A stretch of 64,000 nt of DNA from Acidimicrobiia bacterium (GTDB lineage Bacteria > Actinomycetota > Acidimicrobiia > Spongiisociales > ZC4RG35), in assembly GCA_041744795.1 (NCBI GenBank), contig JBGTKD010000192.1:13628-77627 (forward strand). Direction: 5' to 3'. The position numbers were made by a program, and so were the translations under genes. Under the pieces are notes generated by a model, which did not search any database, was not told the origin of the DNA, and saw only the letters and a list, made by a program, of their open reading frames with translations. Of the stretch, positions 1 to 9,345 are shown in pieces. The stretch's first letter is position 1. Every line of letters starts with the position of its first letter.

Positions 1-170
1 CGATGCTCATCGGGACGGTCGCCGTCTCGTGCTCCTCACATCCCATAGACCCCCTGAGCGTTCTCCCGCCGCCCGCGTGTTGGCCGAGGTTGTCGGACCT
101 GACAAGCCCGTCTTCGACGTGATCCAACTCCTGGATCCGCAAGACATGGATCGCCTGGCCGCGCACGTCG

Positions 171-521
171 ATGGTTGAAGACAGCCGGCCGACGTCTACC
201 GCTCCCGGCAACGTCGCCGTCGCCGTCGTGCATGAGGATCCACCTCGGATTTTTGTCGCATCCGACGAGGTGTCGCTCGGCAGGCTTCTGGCCACCGAGA
301 TCGTGTGTGAGGCCGATCCTGGTCGCCTGGATGAAGGAGATCTGTCGGTCATCCGCACCGCACTGCTGGGTGAGGACTGGTCGACGGCGGTGGCTACGTG
401 GATCGAAGCGACGGGCGTGCGCGTCGATGTCCATCCCGACGAGCCTGTGACTCACCACCAGGATCTGACATCAGAAGACGCCGCTTTCGACATCCGGCTG
501 AGCAGGTTGTTCGAGAAGTGA
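171..521 (+). CDS. hypothetical small acidic protein (116 aa) immediately upstream of add
   Basis: ATG-initiated ORF bounded upstream by an in-frame TGA at ~126. Third codon positions are moderately GC-rich. It ends 15 nt before the add start. I see no recognisable motifs. Confidence 0.3.
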   Translation: MVEDSRPTSTAPGNVAVAVVHEDPPRIFVASDEVSLGRLLATEIVCEADPGRLDEGDLSVIRTALLGEDWSTAVATWIEATGVRVDVHPDEPVTHHQDLTSEDAAFDIRLSRLFEK

Positions 522-535
522 GCGTGTGGGATTCG

Positions 536-1507
536 ATGCCCAAGGTGGAGCTTCATCTCCACCTGGAAGGGGCGATACCCGCCGATGGGATGTGGACGCT
601 CGTCGAACGTCACGGCGGGGACCCCGACGTGCCTGACCCGGGTGCGCTGGCCGCCCGCTTCGAATTTTCGGATTTCACCCACTTCATCTCGACCTGGGAA
701 TGGAAGCTGAAGTTCCACACGACCCTCGACGACTATCGCTTCCTGGCCGAGGCAGTAGCCCGAGACCTCGCCCGTCAGGGACACACCTATGTAGAGGCTT
801 ACGTTTCGCCGTCCGATTCGGGTCTCGCCACCCAGCCCATGCTGATGGCCGTGCGGGAGGGACTCGAGGCGGTCCAAGGGATTCGCGTCGCTCTGGTCCC
901 AGACCTCGTACGTGACACCGGACACGAAATGGCGATGCGGACGTTGGAGGAGGTGATCGAGGTCGCCGCCGACGCCGGCGTGATCGGCATCACGATCGGC
1001 GGCTCAGAACAACACCACCCGGCGGTCGAGTTTGTCGAGGTGTTCCGTCGGGCGCGCAGCGCGGGACTGGGACTGACCGCCCACGCCGGGGAGGCGGCCG
1101 GCCCCGAAAGTGTTCGCCAGGCGATCGACGACCTCGGAGTTGATCGGATCGGTCACGGAGTTCGGTCGGTTGAAGACCCGGCGCTCTTAGCCGAGATCGT
1201 CGATCGTCAGATACCACTCGAGGTTTGTCCGACCTCGAATGTGCGAACGGGGGTTTCAGCAGACTTTGCCAGCCACCAGGTACGAGAACTTATCGATGCC
1301 GGGGCCTTTGTGACCATCAACACCGACGATCCCGCCATGTTCGGTTGCACTCTGGCCAGCGAGCTTTCGGCGATCGAGTCTCTCGGGTACAACGACGACA
1401 CCATGCGGGTGCTGGCCGAGAACGCCATAGACGCCTCCTGGGCAACAGCGGGCGCCAAGCGAGACATGCATGTCGCGCTGGCCGAGTGGTGGAGCGACCA
1501 CCGGTAG
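536..1507 (+). CDS. add: adenosine deaminase
   Basis: N-terminal PKVELHLHLEG and C-terminal FVTINTDDP metal-binding motifs of the adenosine/AMP deaminase family. The ORF-track start at 398 is an Arg-rich leader; the likely true start is ATG 536 (MPKVELH...). Confidence 0.85.
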   Translation: MPKVELHLHLEGAIPADGMWTLVERHGGDPDVPDPGALAARFEFSDFTHFISTWEWKLKFHTTLDDYRFLAEAVARDLARQGHTYVEAYVSPSDSGLATQPMLMAVREGLEAVQGIRVALVPDLVRDTGHEMAMRTLEEVIEVAADAGVIGITIGGSEQHHPAVEFVEVFRRARSAGLGLTAHAGEAAGPESVRQAIDDLGVDRIGHGVRSVEDPALLAEIVDRQIPLEVCPTSNVRTGVSADFASHQVRELIDAGAFVTINTDDPAMFGCTLASELSAIESLGYNDDTMRVLAENAIDASWATAGAKRDMHVALAEWWSDHR

Positions 1508-1516
1508 CCTGGTCCT

Positions 1517-3154
1517 ATGAAAGTGGCGGGCGCCCAATTGAACCTCACCGTCGGAGACTTGGAGGGCAACGAGACCCGTATCGCTGATGCGATGCGATGG
1601 GCGGAGGACGAAGGCGCAGATGTGCTGCTCGTTCCCGAACTGGCTGTAACCGGCTACCCGCCTGAGGACCTCGTTCACCGCCCCTCGTTCGTGGCCGCCA
1701 ATCGGGAGGTGGTCGTGAGGCTGGCTCGCCTGTCGGGACATACGACCTCGGTCATCGGGTTCGTCGACACGGCGAACGACCGGGTTTCGGGAGATGCAGG
1801 TCCCCCCAGGGTGGCTAACGCCGCCGCGGTCGTCTCCGGCGGGGAAATCCGCGGCGTGTATCACAAGGTTCTCCTGCCCAACTACGGAGTCTTCGATGAG
1901 GACCGCTACTTCGAGGCAGGCTCGAAACCCGCGACGGTCTGGGAGATTGCCGGGGAGTCAGTAGGGATTTCGATCTGTGAGGACATGTGGCTGGCGGAAG
2001 GTCCACCCCATCTCCAGGCCGGGGCAGGAGCCCGGATTCTTCTAAACATCAACGCCTCCCCGTTCCACCGGGGAAAGGCCGCCGAGCGCGAGCGCATGCT
2101 GGCGCAGAGGGCGATAACGGCGAATGTCCCCGTCGTGTACCTGAACCTGATAGGCGGCCAGGATGAGTTGGTCTTCGACGGTGCGTCGGTTGTTCTCGCC
2201 GCCGATGGAACCGTGATCCATCGCTCCCCCCAGTTCACCGAAGACCGTTTTCTCGTCGAGCTGGCACTTGGCGGCGAGCCAGAGGTTCCGTGTTGTGTGG
2301 CAGATCTCCTCGAACCGACCGAAGAGGTTTATCGGGCACTGGTTACCGGTCTCGGTGACTACTGCCGCAAGAACGGCTTCGACAATGTGGTGATTGGCCT
2401 CTCGGGGGGTATCGACTCAGCTTTGACGGCCACGCTGGCAGCTGACGCCCTGGGCGGAGCGAACGTGTGGGGGGTCACAATGCCCTCCCGCTTCAGCTCG
2501 GAAGGGTCCGTGTCGGACTCCAAGGCTCTCGCCGCAAACTTGGGACTGCGGTTCGACGAGATAGCCATGGATGACATCTTTTCGGAGTTTCTGGACGCCC
2601 TGGGTCCGGCGTTCGCAGGTACAGAGTTCGGTGTGGCCGAAGAGAACATCCAGTCCCGGATCAGGGGCGCACTGCTGATGGCCCTATCCAACAAGCACGG
2701 TCCGATGGTTGTCGCAACCGGCAACAAGTCGGAGATGGCAGCCGGGTACGCCACCCTTTATGGGGACATGGCGGGCGGGTTCGCCGTACTGCAGGACGTC
2801 TTCAAGACACTGGTTTTCGAGCTGGCCAGATGGCGCAACCGCCACGGGGAGGTGATTCCCTGGGCCACCATCGAAAAACCTCCGTCTGCCGAACTACGTC
2901 CGAATCAGAAGGACACAGATTCGCTGCCCCCATATGAGGTGCTCGATGCGATCTTGGAGCGATACATCGAAGACGACATGGGTCCGGCTGAGATCATTGC
3001 TGACGGTTTCGAACCGGATTTGGTTAGACGGATAGCGCGCATGGTGGATCGCAACGAGTACAAACGGCGCCAGGCAGCGCCCGGCGTGAAGATCACAACC
3101 AAGGCTTTCGGTCGCGATCGCAGACTGCCAATCACGAATCACTTCCGTCCGTGA
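1517..3154 (+). CDS. nadE: glutamine-dependent NAD+ synthetase (carbon-nitrogen hydrolase domain + NAD synthetase domain)
   Basis: 545 aa. The N-terminal nitrilase/CN-hydrolase domain reads (EL)AVTGYPPEDL. The C-terminal PP-loop GLSGGIDSALTA is the NAD synthetase signature. Confidence 0.9.
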   Translation: MKVAGAQLNLTVGDLEGNETRIADAMRWAEDEGADVLLVPELAVTGYPPEDLVHRPSFVAANREVVVRLARLSGHTTSVIGFVDTANDRVSGDAGPPRVANAAAVVSGGEIRGVYHKVLLPNYGVFDEDRYFEAGSKPATVWEIAGESVGISICEDMWLAEGPPHLQAGAGARILLNINASPFHRGKAAERERMLAQRAITANVPVVYLNLIGGQDELVFDGASVVLAADGTVIHRSPQFTEDRFLVELALGGEPEVPCCVADLLEPTEEVYRALVTGLGDYCRKNGFDNVVIGLSGGIDSALTATLAADALGGANVWGVTMPSRFSSEGSVSDSKALAANLGLRFDEIAMDDIFSEFLDALGPAFAGTEFGVAEENIQSRIRGALLMALSNKHGPMVVATGNKSEMAAGYATLYGDMAGGFAVLQDVFKTLVFELARWRNRHGEVIPWATIEKPPSAELRPNQKDTDSLPPYEVLDAILERYIEDDMGPAEIIADGFEPDLVRRIARMVDRNEYKRRQAAPGVKITTKAFGRDRRLPITNHFRP

Positions 3155-3966
3155 TCGCCCTCGTCGACGGCGTTCGCCAGGAACTGCTTCCGGTCACCGA
3201 CTCGTCAATCATCCGCGGCGATGGCATCTTCGAGGCTGTCCGTAGCTACGGCGGCTCACTATTCGCTCTCGACGAACACCTCGAGCGGCTTGGGTTGAGC
3301 GCCGCCGCTGTTGGAATCCCGCTGCCTGACGATGGGCGGATCGGGTCTTGGGCGCGGTCGCTTGCTGCCGAAGGAGGCGAGGGCATCGTGCGTGTCATCG
3401 TCAGTCGGGGCGATGCCGTGCCGGGGTCATCGAGCAACAGCCGGATTGTCCTGCTTCATCATCAATTGCCGTTCAGCCCAGCGACTGTTCGTCTTCGACT
3501 CTGGCCCGCTCCTTGGCACCCTGCGGGGCGCCCGTGGGAGCTGGCCGGCATAAAGACGTTGTCCTACGCCCCCAATGTGGCGGCGAGTCGCCTCGCTAGC
3601 CGAGATGGGTTCGACGACGCTCTGTTGACAGCCGACGACGGGGCCGTTCTCGAAGGGCCCACTTTCTGTGTTGCATGGGTCACGGACGGCGTTGTGAAGG
3701 CGCCTTCTGTCGACCTGGGGATTCTCGATTCGATCACGAGACGCCATGTGCTCCGTTTGGCGACCGAGGCCGGAATGACGGTCGAGACAGGTCGATTCTC
3801 GAGCACCGAGGTGTCGACGGCCAACGAGGTCTTTGCCATGAGCACCGTCAAGGAAGTGACACCTGTGATCTCCGTTGGCGAAAGGGAGTTTCCGATAGGA
3901 CCGGTGACCACCCGTCTGCGCGAGTTGTTCAGGGCCTTCGTCACCGAGTCCATTCGCGCAACTTGA
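3151..3966 (+). CDS. aminotransferase class IV (branched-chain aa / aminodeoxychorismate lyase family)
   Basis: 271 aa. Its start overlaps the nadE stop (ATGA). The N-terminal IIRGDGIFE motif and overall length match fold-type IV PLP enzymes. Confidence 0.7.
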   Translation: MIALVDGVRQELLPVTDSSIIRGDGIFEAVRSYGGSLFALDEHLERLGLSAAAVGIPLPDDGRIGSWARSLAAEGGEGIVRVIVSRGDAVPGSSSNSRIVLLHHQLPFSPATVRLRLWPAPWHPAGRPWELAGIKTLSYAPNVAASRLASRDGFDDALLTADDGAVLEGPTFCVAWVTDGVVKAPSVDLGILDSITRRHVLRLATEAGMTVETGRFSSTEVSTANEVFAMSTVKEVTPVISVGEREFPIGPVTTRLRELFRAFVTESIRAT

Positions 3967-4011
3967 GGGCGGCTGTACGCTGGCGGTACGGAGAACCGAG
4001 GAGGTCCCACC

Positions 4012-4515
4012 GTGTTGCGCCGCATCTTCGCACTCGCTGTCGTTGTAATACTCATAGCCGCTTGTTCGCCCGAAGAAGCCGAACTGACAACGACGACGAC
4101 AACGACATCTCCGGTCGAGTCGACAGCCACGACACTCGACGAGACGACGACGACCACGGGAAATGGCGACAACACCCAAGGCTCTCCTGCGATTGAGGAC
4201 TACGAGGTCGTTGTCCGGTCGAGCTCGACCGCTGGCGAGACGCTGTGGATACTCATCGACCCAGGCGACTACTCCGACATCGACCTCGAGAACCTGATCC
4301 GCGAGCTCGTAGCCGAGACCGATGTGACGATTTTCGGCGTCCACGTCTTTGACGATCGTGACGCGCTCGATGCCGGAAGAGTTGAAGCTGATGCCAGGAC
4401 CGACGACGAGCAGGCTCTGGTTGATGAGCACTTTCTCGTGAGCCTCATAGACGGTGCCATCATCCGGTTCGAGGGCCCGTACGCCGAGTTCGGAGAGACC
4501 GTCGTCGGTAGCTGA
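4012..4515 (+). CDS. secreted lipoprotein with Thr-rich linker
   Basis: Signal peptide with lipobox (LIAAC), then a TTTTTTTS low-complexity linker and an acidic C-terminal domain. A GAGGAGG RBS lies upstream of the GTG start. Confidence 0.55.
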   Translation: MLRRIFALAVVVILIAACSPEEAELTTTTTTTSPVESTATTLDETTTTTGNGDNTQGSPAIEDYEVVVRSSSTAGETLWILIDPGDYSDIDLENLIRELVAETDVTIFGVHVFDDRDALDAGRVEADARTDDEQALVDEHFLVSLIDGAIIRFEGPYAEFGETVVGS

Positions 4516-4537
4516 GTCGTCTATAACGATCCAGCAG

Positions 4538-5692
4538 ATGGACCTGACCAGCCAGTTTCTGCGGGGAGCGGCTGTTACCCGTCAAACGCTGGCGGATGAC
4601 TTCCACGCCGTTCTCGCTGATCTGAGGTCTCACGAGCCGGTCACCTGGATTCCAGCATTGCACGGCTGGATGGTCACCCGGAGGGACCTGTCGATCGAGG
4701 TGCTGCGTGATGCGGACCGGTTCACGGTGGATGACCCGCGGTTTTCGACGGGACAGGTTCTCGGGCCATCAATGCTCTCACTCGACGGGTTGGAGCATTC
4801 CCGCCACCGGACTCCTTTCGCTGAAGCTCTTCGGATGGGCAGGGTTCGTGACTACTTCTCGCCGATCGTCGAGCGTGAGGCGAGGCGGCTCATCGACGAC
4901 CTGGCCCCGGCGGGTGAGGGGGACCTGCGCCATGACCTGGCCGGTCCGCTGGCGGTGGCGGTCGTTGCGGCGTCCCTCGACATGGCAGATGTCGACCCTG
5001 TAGCAATGCGGGCTTGGTACGACGACATCGTGGCGGCAGTGTCCGCCGCCTCCGACGGTGTAACTGGTGTCCCCGTACCCGTGGCCGTGGGGCTTCTCGA
5101 AAGGCGGGTGCAGCAGGCGATCAAAGACGGATCTGAGCTGCTGACCAATGCCAGACGAACCCTTGACGAGGCCGAGGTGGTGTCGAATACGGCGGTCATG
5201 CTGTTTGGTGGCGTCGAGACGAGCGAAGGAGCCACTGCCAATGCTTTCGCCCATCTCTTGGAACGCCCCGACCAACTCTCCCTGGTTCTCTCCGACGCGG
5301 ACCTCATGACCCGCGCTGTGGACGAGTCTCTTCGTCTAGAGCCATCCGTTGTCCAACTCGACCGGTTTGCGACGACTGACTCACAACTCGGTGGCGTGTC
5401 GATAGCACGAGGCGACTTCGTGATGGTCTCGGTAGCTGCCGCCAATCGCGACCCCGACGTATATCCCGATCCCGACACTTTCGACGTGACCAGGGAGAAC
5501 GCTCGGAGCCACTTGGCGTTCGCCCAGGGCCCCCACCACTGCATCGGACTTCACCTGGCGAGAGTAGAGACCAGGGCGGCGCTGGCAGCCGCCCTAACCC
5601 GGTTGCCGGGCCTTCGTCTGGCGGGTCCGGTGGAACTGGAGGGCACAGTGTTCCGAAAACCGAAGAATGTGCCCGCAGCCTGGATTGCCTGA
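4538..5692 (+). CDS. cytochrome P450
   Basis: Heme-binding loop FAQGPHHCIGLHLA (FxxGxHxCxG) near the C-terminus, an ExxR-like motif, and ~385 aa from ATG 4538 (MDLTSQFL). The ORF-track start at 4454 is an upstream GTG extension. Confidence 0.85.
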   Translation: MDLTSQFLRGAAVTRQTLADDFHAVLADLRSHEPVTWIPALHGWMVTRRDLSIEVLRDADRFTVDDPRFSTGQVLGPSMLSLDGLEHSRHRTPFAEALRMGRVRDYFSPIVEREARRLIDDLAPAGEGDLRHDLAGPLAVAVVAASLDMADVDPVAMRAWYDDIVAAVSAASDGVTGVPVPVAVGLLERRVQQAIKDGSELLTNARRTLDEAEVVSNTAVMLFGGVETSEGATANAFAHLLERPDQLSLVLSDADLMTRAVDESLRLEPSVVQLDRFATTDSQLGGVSIARGDFVMVSVAAANRDPDVYPDPDTFDVTRENARSHLAFAQGPHHCIGLHLARVETRAALAAALTRLPGLRLAGPVELEGTVFRKPKNVPAAWIA

Positions 5693-5809
5693 ACGCTGAC
5701 GGCATTCCAGTACCTATGATCGTGGCTTGCCCGCTGTCGCCGGGCGTTGCCAAACCCGCACAGGACGCTCTCATGCCGCAGTCTCCCTTCGCCCCCTACA
5801 GCCACGGCC

Positions 5810-7252
5810 ATGTCTGATCTAGACCGCAAGGCCCGCGAAGAAGCCTTGGCGATGGCGCGCCGTGTGGCGCGCACACCGAGGGAGCTGGCTCGCTGGCTGC
5901 GACTGCTCGCCCGTCGCCAGCCGCGGGACGCCGAGGAGTACATCCAGGCAAACGCGGCGGAGTGGGCGACGGTCGCCGACACGAGTCCGGGCGATGCGGC
6001 CGACATCCTTGAGGCTCTCGGGGAGGAAGCCGCCGGCGAGCTCTTTGCGGGCCTCGATCCGGTTCAGGCTGCGGAGCTTCTCGAAGAGCTGCGCGATGAC
6101 CTGGCCGCGACTCTTCTGTCTGACCTGCCGCCCGCCGACGCAGTGCTGGTGCTCGAGGAGATGTCTCCCGATGACGCAGCGGACGTCATCGCTCATGTCG
6201 AAGACGAGGCCGCCGAACGGATGCTTGACGCGGCGGCGGATGAGTTCTCCGACGAAGTGCGCAGGCTGCTCGGCCACGACCCCGAGTCTGCCGGTGGTCT
6301 GATGACCACCGATATCGCCGCCCTTCCTTCCGGCTTGACTGTCGGCGAGGCGGTGGAGCGAATCCGCGTTCTTCACGAGGAGTACGAGGACCTGTCCTAT
6401 GTCTACGTCGTCGACGATGCCGACCGGTTGATCGGCGTCGTCTCGTTCCGGGATCTCGTCTTCCGACGCCCGGGAGATGGGATCGACGAGGCGATGGTGC
6501 GCGATCCGGTGGCAGTTCTGGAGTCAACGGACCGGGAAGAGGTCGCCGAGCTCGTTCAGCGATACCACCTCTTTGGCATCCCTGTTGTCGATGAGGAACG
6601 CAGACTTGTTGGCATGGTCACGACCGAGGCCGTCCTCGAGACGGTTCAGGAAGAAGCGCTCGAGGACTTCGCCATGGCGGTCGGTACTACGGCGGAGGAC
6701 TCGGTCTTCGTTCCGGTGCGCCAGTCAATCCGCTACCGCTTGCCGTGGATCGCCTTTGACCTGGTTGTGTCGTCGGTGGTCGTCCTCGCCATTTCCCGCT
6801 TCGACGACATCCTCGCCGCCTTCGTGGTGCTGGCTGCCTTGATGCCGCTCATTGCCCGCATCGGCGGCGATGCCGGTGCCCAGACGCTGGCCGTCGTGAT
6901 ACGCGGTCTCGCCACAGATGGGATAAGTGGATCCGACGTCAAGCGTGTGTTGGGACGCGAGGCTCTGATCGGAGTGGTCAACGGTGTCTTCATCGGCGTG
7001 CTCGCAGGAGTCCTGGGTTACTCACTCCAGGTCTTCCAGGGCGGTCCCAGTCCGTTCCGGATCGCGCTGGCAATGTTCATCGCCTCGTGGGCGAACCTCA
7101 TCCTCGCTGGCTTTGTGGGGGCGGCGGTCCCGCTGACCTTGCGTCGTCTCGGGTTCGACCCGGCCCTCGGCTCGAACCTATTCCTCACGACAGCAACCGA
7201 CCTCGTCGGCTTCGCCGGATTCCTGGCTGTCGCCTCGGCCCTTCTGTTATGA
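5810..7252 (+). CDS. mgtE: magnesium transporter MgtE
   Basis: N-terminal MgtE_N acidic helical domain, tandem CBS region, and a C-terminal TM domain with DAGAQTLAVVIRGLATDGI (Mg2+ pore motif). The likely start is ATG 5810 (MSDLDRK...). Confidence 0.85.
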   Translation: MSDLDRKAREEALAMARRVARTPRELARWLRLLARRQPRDAEEYIQANAAEWATVADTSPGDAADILEALGEEAAGELFAGLDPVQAAELLEELRDDLAATLLSDLPPADAVLVLEEMSPDDAADVIAHVEDEAAERMLDAAADEFSDEVRRLLGHDPESAGGLMTTDIAALPSGLTVGEAVERIRVLHEEYEDLSYVYVVDDADRLIGVVSFRDLVFRRPGDGIDEAMVRDPVAVLESTDREEVAELVQRYHLFGIPVVDEERRLVGMVTTEAVLETVQEEALEDFAMAVGTTAEDSVFVPVRQSIRYRLPWIAFDLVVSSVVVLAISRFDDILAAFVVLAALMPLIARIGGDAGAQTLAVVIRGLATDGISGSDVKRVLGREALIGVVNGVFIGVLAGVLGYSLQVFQGGPSPFRIALAMFIASWANLILAGFVGAAVPLTLRRLGFDPALGSNLFLTTATDLVGFAGFLAVASALLL

Positions 7253-7255
7253 CTC

Positions 7256-7732
7256 TCAGCCGGTGAAGGTTTTGACGTCCTTCACCGTGACCGTGAACTT
7301 CCCACCGGGTGCCTGATAGCTGACCTCGTCGCCGACTCCGGCACCCAGCAACGCCTTTCCCAACGGGCCGTCCGGTGATGCCAGCAGGACCCCTGGTTGC
7401 TTGTTCTCTGGTGAGGCCACAAAAAAGTCGTTCTCGTCGCCATCTGCGTCGACCAGGGTGACGACAGATCCCACGATGACCGTGTCTTTGGCCTCGACTG
7501 TGCGCACTTCGGCCTTGTCAAGGAGCGCCTGGACCTGGCGAATCCTGGCCTCCATCAGGCCCTGGTCGTTCTTGGCCGCGTCGTAGTCGGCGTTCTCGCG
7601 AAGGTCGCCGTGCTCTCGTGCGGTCTGGATGCGCTGTTCGATCTCGGCTCGTCCTGTCGTTAGGAGGTGTTCGAGTTCGTCCTGCAGTTTCTGGTGGGCT
7701 TCAGGTGTCAGGAATGTGGTGTCTTTGGTCAT
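7256..7732 (-). CDS. greA: transcription elongation factor GreA
   Basis: N-terminal coiled coil with acidic tip (LRENADYDAAKNDQG) and a C-terminal FKBP-like domain. Start MTKDTTFLTPEA at 7732. Confidence 0.9.
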   Translation of the reverse strand: MTKDTTFLTPEAHQKLQDELEHLLTTGRAEIEQRIQTAREHGDLRENADYDAAKNDQGLMEARIRQVQALLDKAEVRTVEAKDTVIVGSVVTLVDADGDENDFFVASPENKQPGVLLASPDGPLGKALLGAGVGDEVSYQAPGGKFTVTVKDVKTFTG

Positions 7733-7848
7733 GAGATCTTCGGGTCGGGGAAGCATCAAACGATAGGGACCGGGCGCGTTGGTTGGCGAATGGGCGATGT
7801 CGCCTCGTGATGCCTCGACCGGAGGATCCGCAGGTAGCGTCCCTGCGG

Positions 7849-8889
7849 ATGGAACCAGTACGGCTAACGAGTTTCAGTCACGGCGCCGGTTGAGCCTGCA
7901 AGCTCGGGTCATCCGAGTTGGCGCAGGTTCTGCGTCCGTTGCACGGCCACCAAGCCTCGACACACCCTGACCTGATCGTCGGGACGGAGACGTCAGACGA
8001 TGCCGGGGTGTATCGCATCGCGCCCGGGCAGGCACTGGTCCAAACGGTGGACTTCTTCACACCGGTCGTCGACGACGCCTACGACTGGGGTCGCATCGCC
8101 GCTGCCAACGCTCTCTCTGACATCTATGCCATGGGGGCTACGCCGTTGACTGCCCTGCAACTGCTCGGTTGGCCGCGTGATGTAATCGCCTGGGAGGTGG
8201 CGGGCGAGGTGATCCGGGGCGGTGCCGATGTGATGGCTTCTGCGGGTTGCACGATCGTGGGTGGGCATTCCGTAGATGACGCCGAACCCAAGTACGGGTT
8301 TGCCGTCACGGGCCTCGTCGATCCAGAGCGCGTGATGACCAACGCCAGCGCCCGACCGGGGGAATCGCTCATACTCACCAAGCCGATCGGTACAGGTGTG
8401 GTGACCACCGCCATCAAGCGAGGAGCGTGCCCGGATGACCTGCGGGAGCGGGTGGTGGCCCAGATGGCCGAACTGAACGACCGCGCGGCGAGAGCCGCCA
8501 CTTCGGTGGGGGTGGCTGCGGCGACCGACGTCACGGGTTTTGGACTCCTTGGCCATCTGCATGAAATGTTGCGAGCAGCGGACCTGTCAGCGGTCCTCGA
8601 CGTAGGCGCCGTTCCAGTGCTCGCCGGCGCCGCCCGGTTGTTGGCAGACGGGCACTTTCCCGGCGGTTCCGGCCGCAATCTCGCCGCCGTCGCGCCGTTT
8701 GTGGACGGGGATGCGGCGACGGACGATATCCGGATGCTGTCCGATGCTCAGACCTCTGGGGGTTTGTTGTTTGCAACTTCCCAGGTCGAAGCCCTGCAGG
8801 CAGCTTTGGCTCGCGAGGGGGCCGAAGGCTGGGTCATCGGGCGGCTCACTGCCGACACCGGGACGCGGATGCGGCTCGAATCTCGCTAG
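7849..8889 (+). CDS. selD: selenide, water dikinase (selenophosphate synthetase), selenocysteine-containing form; in-frame UGA (Sec) at 7891-7893
   Basis: Reading upstream of the ORF-track start in the same frame gives ATG 7849, M-E-P-V-R-L-T-S-F-S-H-G-A-G-[TGA]-A-C-K-L-G-S-S-E-L-A-Q-V-L. This matches the SelD N-terminus (E. coli [25 protein letters not shown]) with Sec in place of the catalytic Cys. The rest (LVQTVDFFTPVVDD, GGHS...) is canonical SelD. The ORF track therefore truncated the N-terminus. Confidence 0.85.
7894..7927 (+). promoter_or_regulatory. bacterial SECIS-like stem-loop immediately 3' of the selD UGA
   Basis: CCTGC(7895-7899)/GCAGG(7923-7927) outer stem and CTCGG(7903-7907)/CCGAG(7913-7917) inner stem with apical loop GUCAU (preceded by G-G). 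The hairpin starts 2 nt after the UGA, at the position expected for a bSECIS. Confidence 0.55.
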
Positions 8890-8916
8890 GGCGTCACGGC
8901 CATACACTCACTCTCC

Positions 8917-9345
8917 GTGGAACCACTCAACAGGCTCACGACCATCGCGGAAGCGCTCTCGATCCCCCGGGTACAGCGCCACATTTTTCTGTGCGCAGAT
9001 CAGACGAACCCGAAGTGCGCACCGTACGCCGAGACCAACGAGGTGTGGCGCTACCTCAAAGCCCGCTGCAAGGAACTGGGAATCTCCTCCGCACCGCCCA
9101 GCTGGCACGGAGTGCCGACCGTCCCGGCCGTTGCCACTCCTCCCGGCGACGGTTCCGTTCTGCGTACCAAGGTGGATTGCCTGCGGATATGTGAGATGGG
9201 CCCCATTGCCGTGGTGTATCCGGACGGCGTTTGGTACCACTCAGTGACCGTGCCGGTCATGGAGCGGATCATTACCGAACACCTCGTGGGAGGCGTCCCC
9301 GTCGCTGAGCACACCTTCGCCGTTGGCGCGCTGGACTCGCAATGA
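8917..9345 (+). CDS. thioredoxin-like [2Fe-2S] ferredoxin (NuoE/HoxF-type fold)
   Basis: Four Cys in the pattern [13 protein letters not shown] ... [21 protein letters not shown] typical of Trx-like [2Fe-2S] ferredoxins; 142 aa. Confidence 0.7.
   Translation: MEPLNRLTTIAEALSIPRVQRHIFLCADQTNPKCAPYAETNEVWRYLKARCKELGISSAPPSWHGVPTVPAVATPPGDGSVLRTKVDCLRICEMGPIAVVYPDGVWYHSVTVPVMERIITEHLVGGVPVAEHTFAVGALDSQ

Noticed and set aside
398-535. ORF-track N-terminal extension of add (46 Arg-rich residues)
   Set aside because: Low-complexity Arg/Ser-rich leader. The conserved deaminase N-terminus begins at MPKVELHLHLEG.
3427-4431. 334-aa minus-strand ORF antisense to the aminotransferase and lipoprotein genes
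   Set aside because: Arg/Gly-rich composition typical of out-of-frame GC-rich sequence. It overlaps well-supported sense genes.
5693-5809. Possible Mg2+ (M-box) riboswitch upstream of mgtE
   Set aside because: The leader is only ~117 nt and lacks the conserved M-box core sequences. Not supported.
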